8,356 bases of DNA. Source: PVC group bacterium (GTDB taxonomy: Bacteria > GCA-001730085 > JADFSZ01). Below the pieces are notes generated by a model, which did not search any database, was not told the DNA's origin, and saw only the letters and a list, made by a program, of their open reading frames with translations. This document shows positions 1 through 5,946 of the stretch, piece after piece (within the stretch, counting starts at the first letter, position 1; the number at the start of each line of letters is the position of its first letter). Both the position numbers and the translations under genes were made by a program. The stretch is from positions 1 through 8,356 of the forward strand of contig JADFSZ010000072.1 of assembly GCA_022560555.1 (NCBI GenBank), given 5' to 3'.

Positions 1-1
1 T

Positions 2-931
2 GAAGATGAAATTGAAAGAAAGGACCTCCGCATTGGGGACACTGTGGTAATCGAAAAAGGGGGCGAAGTGATTCCGAAAATACTCCGTGTTGTTCCGTCA
101 CAACGCTCCGGAAAAGAGAAAAAATTTCATATGCCTAAAACGTGTCCCGTGTGCAAGTCAAAAGTGCTGCGCCTTCCGGGGGAGGCCGCCACCCGGTGTG
201 ATAACCCTCAGTGTAAAGCTCAGCTCAAAGCCCGCGTCCGTCACTTTGCCTCAAAAGAGGCGATGGATATTGTCGGATTAGGCAAAAGCCATGTCGACCA
301 ATTGGTGAAAATGGATATCATCGAGGATTACGCGGATCTTTATTTTTTGAAATACGATGACATAATCGGGCTTGATTTGATGGCGGATAAATCGACCGGT
401 AATCTTTTGGCTTCGATTGAAGAATCCAAAAAACAGGATCTTGATCGTGTTGTCTTTGCTTTAGGCATCAACAGCGTCGGAGTAAATCTTGGGCGCGTGT
501 TAGCCGAGCAATATAAAAGTTTGGATGCTTTGAGCCGGGCATCGGTTGACGATTTATGCGGTATTGAGGGCATTGGGGACGTATGTGCCAAAGCCATTAT
601 TCACTTCTTCGGGGTGCCTCATACAAAAAAAGTTATCGGGAAATTAAAAAAAGCCGGAATCACGCTTAAGCTCAAAAGAAAGTTATCAGGCCCAAAACCT
701 TTTGCCGGCAAAATCTTTTTATTCACCGGGTCACTCAAGAGCATGTCCCGCGCGGATGCCCAGAAACGGATCCGGGATTTGGGCGGCAAAACGGTATCAA
801 GCGCTTCTAAAAATGTGGACTATGTTGTGGCGGGGGCTGATCCGGGCAGCAAGCTTGAAAAAAGCACAAAGTTAAAGTGCAATATTCTTAGTGAATCTGA
901 CTATTTAAAACTTCTGAAACCGCACACCTAA
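2..931 (+). CDS. ligA: NAD+-dependent DNA ligase LigA, C-terminal part (5' end lies outside the window)
   Basis: The frame of track ORF 44..931 stays open back to nt 2 and reads EDEIERKDLRIGDTVVIEKGGEVIPKI, the typical LigA OB-fold segment. The GTG at 44 is therefore internal, not a start. A Cys4 zinc finger CPVC..(14)..CDNPQC lies at nt 143..214. It is followed by helix-hairpin-helix segments (IVGLGKSHVDQL, ALGINSVGVNLGRVLA, LCGIEGIGDVCAKAI). A C-terminal BRCT domain (FAGKIFLFTGSL...RADAQKRIRDLGGKTVSSASKNVDYVVAG) spans about nt 700..925. Stop TAA at 929..931. Confidence 0.95.
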   Translation, partial: EDEIERKDLRIGDTVVIEKGGEVIPKILRVVPSQRSGKEKKFHMPKTCPVCKSKVLRLPGEAATRCDNPQCKAQLKARVRHFASKEAMDIVGLGKSHVDQLVKMDIIEDYADLYFLKYDDIIGLDLMADKSTGNLLASIEESKKQDLDRVVFALGINSVGVNLGRVLAEQYKSLDALSRASVDDLCGIEGIGDVCAKAIIHFFGVPHTKKVIGKLKKAGITLKLKRKLSGPKPFAGKIFLFTGSLKSMSRADAQKRIRDLGGKTVSSASKNVDYVVAGADPGSKLEKSTKLKCNILSESDYLKLLKPHT

Positions 932-1013
932 GAAATCATCACAAGAGTCCTTATCAAGAGCGCGAAAGAAAACTCACACAAGCTATTTGTTTTAAGTCGC
1001 TTAAAGTCGATTC

Positions 1014-1042
1014 TTGATGTTTGACGTGGATTCTGGTATCAT
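1014..1042 (+). promoter_or_regulatory. Candidate sigma70-type promoter with extended -10, upstream of the M16 peptidase gene
   Basis: TTGATG (1014..1019), a 17-nt spacer, then TG-G-TATCAT (TG at 1034..1035, hexamer 1037..1042). It sits in the only sizeable intergenic gap (932..1085). A Shine-Dalgarno-like GGAAGGAG (1068..1075) follows, 10 nt before the ATG at 1086. This is pattern matching only and the host sigma specificity is unknown. Confidence 0.3.
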
Positions 1043-1085
1043 TCGAGGCTTCGTAGTCGTGAGATAAGGAAGGAGTTTAAGTTAA

Positions 1086-1160
1086 ATGGTGAAAAGACTT
1101 TGCATGGTTATCATGCTCGGATTCGGAGTCGTTATGTTGCATGGTTCATCAGGATACGCG
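1086..1160 (+). other. Predicted type I (Sec) signal peptide of the M16 peptidase
   Basis: Basic n-region (K3, R4), hydrophobic core MVIMLGFGVVML, and a small-residue cleavage context SGYA followed by EDK. This was judged by eye; no predictor was run. Confidence 0.5.
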
Positions 1161-3722
1161 GAGGATAAAATTTTAGCTTCATACGAGCGGTATGAGTTAG
1201 ACAATGGTCTTGTTGTGATTATCGAAGAAGATCATCGCCTGCCTGTTTTGTCCATTCAAACCTGGCATCGGGGAGGGTCCGCCCAAGAGCAGGAATACAT
1301 CGGGACAGGTATCAGTCATTTGGTTGAGCATATGCTGTTCAAGGGAACCCATAGCCGGGATGTTGGAAGCATTGGAAAGGAAGTGAAGGCCTTGGGAGGC
1401 AGTATCGGAGGCTATACAACGCTTGACAGAACCGTATACACTTTGGAGTTGCCTTCGGCGTCCGCGATGAAGGGACTGGAACTTATGACGGACGTGATTT
1501 TGAATTCATCGTTTCATGCCGAAGAATTTGAAAAAGAACGGGAAGTCATTTATAAAGAAATTAAGCTGACAATGGATAGTCCCGGAAAATTTTTGTTTCG
1601 AAAGTTGTTTGAGGTTACTTTTACGGATCATCCCTACCGGTTTCCCGTGATCGGGTTTAGGGACCGTTTAGCGTCTTTAGATGTTGAGGGTGTATACGAG
1701 TTTTACAAAAAGACGTATGTTCCGAACAATCTTGTTATGGTTATCGTTGGGGATGTTGATCCCATTGAGGTGCTCGAAAAAATCCGGGATCTTTACAAGG
1801 ACACTCCGAGAGGAGAGCCATTGATCCCGACCCATGTCCCTGAACGTCCGCTGCTCGGGCAAAAAGAAGAAAGGTTTGAAAAAGATGTCGCTAAAGTCCG
1901 TGTTTTATTGGGATGGATGGGCCCTAGTATCCGCCATAAGGATCTTTTTCGTGTTGACACGCTGGCGTCGATTTTGGGGGATGGGAAAACGTCCCGTCTT
2001 TATCGAGTGGTGAAGGAAGAAAAACAGCTGGTGTATGCTATTGATGCGTTTTCGTATACACCGCGTGAACAGGGAGTGTTTGGTGTTTCTTTTACGGTGG
2101 AGCCCCAAAAAGTCGAGGAGGCTAAAGCCGCGATTTTGGATGAAATCAAAAAGATTAAACGAGAACTTGTCAAAACGGAAGAACTTGATCGTGTTAAAGC
2201 CCAAACGATCAGTTCGTATATTTTTCACATGGAATCTGTTGGAGGACGGGCGGGGTATTTAGGGATGAATGAGGTGATGGTGGGAGATCCGGGCTTTAGC
2301 AAAACTTATTTAAAAGGGATGCGTTTGGTTCAAGCCGAGGATGTTCAAGAGGCCGCACGGAAGTATTTAGAGCTCGAGAACATGATTGATGTCCGCATTT
2401 ATCCCAAGGGAATGGAGGAGGAAAAAAGAAATAATTTGGAAGCAAGCGAATGGAGTACTCATGTTGAGAAATTTGACAATGGATTAACGCTTGTCATTCA
2501 AGTGGATAGGGCCTTGCCGATTGTGTCCGTAAACGCGGTATTTCTCGGAGGACAGCGCGCGGAGACAGTTGAGAAAATGGGTATTTCGAATTTTATGGCG
2601 AGCATGCTCCTGAAAGGAACGAAAAAACACGATCAATTTGAGATTGCGGAAGTTATTGAAAACAGGGGCGGGTCTCTCAGTGCTTATGGGGGCAATAACA
2701 GTTTCGGTCTACGGATGAAAGTTATCAGTGAATATCTTGAAGAAAGCTTTGATGTGTTCGCGGATGTTTTATTAAATGCCGATTTCCCGGAGCCTGAAAT
2801 CGAAAAAACCCGTTTGGTTATACTGGCTTCTTTAGAGGAACAGGAAAAAGATATTTACAGCATGGGGTCTATTCTGCTTAATCAGAATCTTTACAAGGGG
2901 CATCCTTATGGCTTTCGTGATTCCGGATCCAAGGAAAGCGTCTTGGGAATACGTCGGGGGGATCTCAGAGATTTTTACCGGCGCCTGACCCGGCCGGACA
3001 ATATGGTACTGACGGTATACGGAGATGTTGAAAAAGAAGAAATTGTGAATCTTGTAAAAAATTCTTTTAAAAATTGGAGAGCGCAAGATAATAATTCTAT
3101 TGATATAAAACCGGAGCTTCCTAAAACTTTAGACAAGGTCTTAAAGGAAACGTACTCGTTGGATAAAGAGCAAACGCTTTTGTTGATCGGTTTTCCGGGC
3201 GTGGATATTTATTCAGAAGACAAATTTGTTTTTGAGGTTACCAATGAGATTCTCACGGGCCAAGGGGGGCGTTTGTTTGAAAGGATACGGGGGGAAGCGT
3301 CCCTTGCATATAGTGTCGGGTCCTTTTATCAGATTGGATTGGATCCGGGAAGTTTTGTTTTTTATGTGTTCACAGTGAGCTCGCAAGTTGATCAGGCCCG
3401 GGAAAAGATTTTTGAAGAAATCGCCCTTATGCAAAATGAGCTGATAGGCGAAGAAGAGCTTAGTATGGCGAAAAACAAATTGGTCGGCCAAAATCTTAGA
3501 GGCAAACAGAGCTTGGGCTCCCGCGCCTTTGACGCGGCCCTGAACGAACTTTACGGGCTAGGATATGATTATGACTTGGGCTATGAGGAGCGTATCCGCA
3601 ACGTAACGGCTGGGGATATTCAGAAGGCAGCGAAAAAATATTGGATTCAGGACCGTTATGTAAACATCGTTGCCGGAAATTTAGGTGACAATGAACGGAC
3701 AGGAAACGATGACGATGAATAA
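1086..3722 (+). CDS. Secreted M16 (pitrilysin/insulinase) family zinc metallopeptidase, fused active plus inactive modules, 878 aa
   Basis: The inverted zinc motif HxxEH is present as GISHLVEHMLFKG (H78..H82, nt 1317..1331). The third zinc-ligand Glu sits at the expected ~76-residue distance (EREVIYKEI, E158). The second half (from about aa 455) repeats the M16 fold, but the same position reads GISNFMASMLLKG (nt 2589..2603), so H, E and H are all lost. The N-terminus MVKRLCMVIMLGFGVVMLHGSSGYA-EDK looks like a Sec signal peptide. A good RBS lies upstream. Confidence 0.9.
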   Translation: MVKRLCMVIMLGFGVVMLHGSSGYAEDKILASYERYELDNGLVVIIEEDHRLPVLSIQTWHRGGSAQEQEYIGTGISHLVEHMLFKGTHSRDVGSIGKEVKALGGSIGGYTTLDRTVYTLELPSASAMKGLELMTDVILNSSFHAEEFEKEREVIYKEIKLTMDSPGKFLFRKLFEVTFTDHPYRFPVIGFRDRLASLDVEGVYEFYKKTYVPNNLVMVIVGDVDPIEVLEKIRDLYKDTPRGEPLIPTHVPERPLLGQKEERFEKDVAKVRVLLGWMGPSIRHKDLFRVDTLASILGDGKTSRLYRVVKEEKQLVYAIDAFSYTPREQGVFGVSFTVEPQKVEEAKAAILDEIKKIKRELVKTEELDRVKAQTISSYIFHMESVGGRAGYLGMNEVMVGDPGFSKTYLKGMRLVQAEDVQEAARKYLELENMIDVRIYPKGMEEEKRNNLEASEWSTHVEKFDNGLTLVIQVDRALPIVSVNAVFLGGQRAETVEKMGISNFMASMLLKGTKKHDQFEIAEVIENRGGSLSAYGGNNSFGLRMKVISEYLEESFDVFADVLLNADFPEPEIEKTRLVILASLEEQEKDIYSMGSILLNQNLYKGHPYGFRDSGSKESVLGIRRGDLRDFYRRLTRPDNMVLTVYGDVEKEEIVNLVKNSFKNWRAQDNNSIDIKPELPKTLDKVLKETYSLDKEQTLLLIGFPGVDIYSEDKFVFEVTNEILTGQGGRLFERIRGEASLAYSVGSFYQIGLDPGSFVFYVFTVSSQVDQAREKIFEEIALMQNELIGEEELSMAKNKLVGQNLRGKQSLGSRAFDAALNELYGLGYDYDLGYEERIRNVTAGDIQKAAKKYWIQDRYVNIVAGNLGDNERTGNDDDE

Positions 3723-4812
3723 ACAAGTTAAGATCGCGGTTTTGGAGGGAGACGGTATTGGCCCTGAGATTATGGTTGAGGCTCTCCGGGTTCTTCGGGC
3801 TGTTGGGGACATGTGCCTCGTTGATTTTGAGTGTGTACCGGCTCCTTTTGGGGCGAGGGCTTATTTTGATCATGGCAAAGCGTTCCCGGAAGAGACAAAA
3901 AAGATTTGTGACCAGGCGGATGCGATTCTGAAGGGGCCCATCGGACTGTCATTCGAAGAGACAAAAAAGATTCCGGTTGAGGAACAGCCGGAGCGCGGAG
4001 CTTTGCTCCCGTTAAGGAAAAGGTATAACACGTTTGCCAATTTTCGGCCTGTTAAACTGCCGGCAGGATTAGGGGCATTTTCTCCTCTGAAAAAGGAAGT
4101 GATTGCAAACGGTATTGACATTATGATGATCCGGGAGTTGGTGGGAGGTTTGTATTTCGGTAAAAAAGAACGAACCACGAATGCAGAAGGACTGCGCTCG
4201 GTTACTGAAACACTAGAATACAACGAAGAGCAAATCAAGAAAATCATGCATGTGGCGTTTGAGGAAGCCGGCCGGAGGAAAAAAATTCTGCATAACGTGC
4301 ATAAGGCTAATGTGCTGATGTCGAGTGTTCTTTGGAACGAAATTCTTGAAGAGGTCCAAAAAGAATATCCGGATGTGACTGTGGAGCATATTCTTGTGGA
4401 TGCCGCGGCCACAGCGCTTTGCATAAGGCCGTCTCAATTTGATGTGATGGTGATGGAAAACATGTTTGGCGATATTCTTTCGGATTTGGGAGGCGGTTTA
4501 TTAGGTTCGTTGGGACTGATGCCGTCAGCGTGTATCGGAGACACGATTTCTTATTATGAACCGTCCCACGGCTCGGCCCCGGACATTGCCGGACAAAACA
4601 AGGCGAACCCGTATTCTATGATTGGGTCTGTGGCCATGATGCTGGAGAGAAGTTTCGGGCTAAAAAAAGAGTCTGACCGTGTGTGGCAATCTATGACAAC
4701 GGTTCTATCAAGCGGATATACCACAGTGGATCTAACCGCTTATGACAAAACATTAAAGGTTGTGTCGACCAGGGAGTTTGGCGACAAAGTTCTTGAGAAA
4801 TTAAAAAATTAG
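3715..4812 (+). CDS. leuB: 3-isopropylmalate dehydrogenase (isocitrate/isopropylmalate dehydrogenase family)
   Basis: Family motifs run along the whole length: KIAVLEGDGIGPEI, QPERGALLPLRKRYNTFANFRP (the E-x-G-x-LL-x-LRK substrate loop typical of IPMDH rather than ICDH), IRELVGGLYFG, HKANVL, NMFGDILSD, GSLGLMPSA, YEPSHGSAPDIAGQNKANP. The track ORF opens at GTG 3685, with in-frame ATGs at 3691, 3709 and 3715. I prefer 3715 (MNKQVKIAVL...). It places AGGAA (3701..3705) 9 nt upstream and matches the usual 5-6 residues before the IAVLPGDGIGPE motif. The start is uncertain within 3685..3715. Confidence 0.9.
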   Translation: MNKQVKIAVLEGDGIGPEIMVEALRVLRAVGDMCLVDFECVPAPFGARAYFDHGKAFPEETKKICDQADAILKGPIGLSFEETKKIPVEEQPERGALLPLRKRYNTFANFRPVKLPAGLGAFSPLKKEVIANGIDIMMIRELVGGLYFGKKERTTNAEGLRSVTETLEYNEEQIKKIMHVAFEEAGRRKKILHNVHKANVLMSSVLWNEILEEVQKEYPDVTVEHILVDAAATALCIRPSQFDVMVMENMFGDILSDLGGGLLGSLGLMPSACIGDTISYYEPSHGSAPDIAGQNKANPYSMIGSVAMMLERSFGLKKESDRVWQSMTTVLSSGYTTVDLTAYDKTLKVVSTREFGDKVLEKLKN

Positions 4813-4836
4813 GTCTTAATCATTTGATCCGAAAAA

Positions 4837-5850
4837 ATGGAAATGTTAAAAAAATCTAAATATAAAAATGTGGCGGTTGTGGGTGTCGGGGCCGTCGGCA
4901 AGATGATGCTGAGGGTTTTGAAAGAGCGGAAGTTTCCTGTAGATCAGCTGAAAGTTTTAGCCCGCACGGCACGGAAGATCCGTGTTGACGGGAAAGTTTT
5001 CAACGTGGAAAAAATCAATCATGAAAGTTTTCGAGGGATTGACATTGCGCTCTTTGCAGGAACGGAGGGGGAGAAGGGTGCCAGCGTGGTGTACTCTTCG
5101 TCGGCCATCAGGGCAGGGGCTGTGGTGGTGGATAACGGCGGAGATTTTCGCATGAAAAAAGACGTACCTTTGGTTATTCCGGAGGTAAATCCCGAAGACA
5201 TTAAAAAACATCGGGGGCTGATCGCGAATCCAAATTGTTCGACGATTCAAATGCTGGTGGCCTTGTATCCGATTCACAAGGCTTTTGGTTTGAAACGCGT
5301 GATTGTGAGCACTTATCAAGCGGCTTCGGGCGCGGGGCAAGCCGCTATTGAAGAGTTGCGGAGTCAATCTCGAGCGGTTCTTCAGGGGAAGGACGTGTTG
5401 GCACCAAAAGTCATGGGTAAACAAATTGCTTTTAATGTGATTCCAAAAATCGGCGAATTTCTTGAAGATGCGTATACGTCGGAAGAAATTAAACTAGTTA
5501 AAGAGTCTCACAAGATTTTACATACGAGCAAAATTAAAATTTCGGCGACCTGTGTGCGTGTTCCTGTGGTGAACAGTCATGCGGAAGCGATTTATATTGA
5601 AGTAAAGAAAAAATCGGATGTTAGTAAGATCCGGAATGTATTGAAATCCGCCAAGGGGATTAAGGTTGTTGATCAGCCGAAGGCCAAGCGGTTTTCTTTG
5701 CCGATTGAGGCCTCAGGCAAAGATGCGGTTTACGTGAGCCGGATCAGAAAAGACGCTTATGTCAAAGGCGCGTTTTGGATCTGGGTTGTGTCCGACAATC
5801 TGCGAAAAGGAGCCGCGACAAATGCTGTTCAAATCGCGGAGTATCTATAA
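4837..5850 (+). CDS. asd: Aspartate-semialdehyde dehydrogenase (short, Gram-positive-like form, 337 aa)
   Basis: N-terminal Rossmann loop VAVVGVGAVGKMM. Active-site Cys motif IANPNCSTIQM (Cys134, nt 5236..5238). Also STYQAASGAG, CVRVPVVNSHAEAIYIE (catalytic His region) and the C-terminal SDNLRKGAATNAVQIAE. An alternative ATG at 4843 is possible. No clear SD sequence precedes either start. Confidence 0.93.
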   Translation: MEMLKKSKYKNVAVVGVGAVGKMMLRVLKERKFPVDQLKVLARTARKIRVDGKVFNVEKINHESFRGIDIALFAGTEGEKGASVVYSSSAIRAGAVVVDNGGDFRMKKDVPLVIPEVNPEDIKKHRGLIANPNCSTIQMLVALYPIHKAFGLKRVIVSTYQAASGAGQAAIEELRSQSRAVLQGKDVLAPKVMGKQIAFNVIPKIGEFLEDAYTSEEIKLVKESHKILHTSKIKISATCVRVPVVNSHAEAIYIEVKKKSDVSKIRNVLKSAKGIKVVDQPKAKRFSLPIEASGKDAVYVSRIRKDAYVKGAFWIWVVSDNLRKGAATNAVQIAEYL

Positions 5851-5856
5851 ACCCTC

Positions 5857-5946
5857 ATGAATAAAATCCCGGCTATTATCAAAATAAAAAAACACCATGT
5901 GTTGTTCGCCCTAACCTGTTTGATTCTCTTGTTGACAGTGGGATGT
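5857..5946 (+). other. Predicted lipoprotein (SPase II) signal peptide ending at lipobox Cys30
   Basis: Basic n-region (K3, K9, K11, K12), hydrophobic core VLFALTCLILLL, and lipobox-like T-V-G-C with Cys30 encoded at nt 5944..5946. Thr at -3 is atypical for the strict L-[AS]-[GA]-C consensus but fits the broader PROSITE-style lipobox. The +2 residue is Lys, not Asp. Confidence 0.55.

Noticed and set aside
87-597. Alternate-frame + ORF 87..281 and minus ORF 340..597
   Set aside because: Both sit inside the ligA zinc-finger and HhH region, which is clearly read in the frame starting at nt 2. They have no independent support.
1017-1067. 16-codon mini-ORF (MFDVDSGIIRGFVVVR) ending just before the M16 RBS, a possible leader peptide or attenuator
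   Set aside because: It has no Shine-Dalgarno sequence upstream and no associated terminator or antiterminator hairpins. It has no runs of a regulatory amino acid. It also overlaps the more plausible promoter hexamers, so it would largely lie upstream of the transcript start.
1677-3491. Five small ORFs inside the M16 gene (1677..1862 -, 1905..2228 -, 2035..2262 +, 2832..3086 -, 3213..3491 -)
   Set aside because: All are embedded in the continuous M16 reading frame and show the biased composition typical of off-frame translation.
3685-3714. GTG 3685 (the track start) as the leuB initiation codon, giving a 38-nt overlap with the M16 gene
   Set aside because: The extension MTMNGQETMT has no counterpart in LeuB N-termini as I know them. 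ATG 3715 has a better-spaced AGGAA and gives the usual short leader before IAVL-GDGIGPE. It cannot be excluded without experimental or comparative data.
3496-3964. Minus-strand ORFs 3496..3873 (125 aa) and 3770..3964 (64 aa) spanning the M16/leuB junction
   Set aside because: They are antisense to two well-supported + strand genes. The products are Pro/Arg/Ser-rich with no domain signature. The junction is already explained by the stop/start overlap.
3870-4424. 184-aa minus-strand ORF, long enough to look like a gene
   Set aside because: It lies entirely antisense to the strongly conserved leuB coding region. Its translation is Ser/Phe/Thr-rich and low in complexity, with no recognisable motifs, start context or RBS. 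It is a typical shadow ORF.
4957-5424. 155-aa minus-strand ORF, and the 60-aa ORF at 5019..5201
   Set aside because: Both are antisense to the central catalytic part of asd, including the active-site Cys region. They have no motifs and are shadow ORFs.
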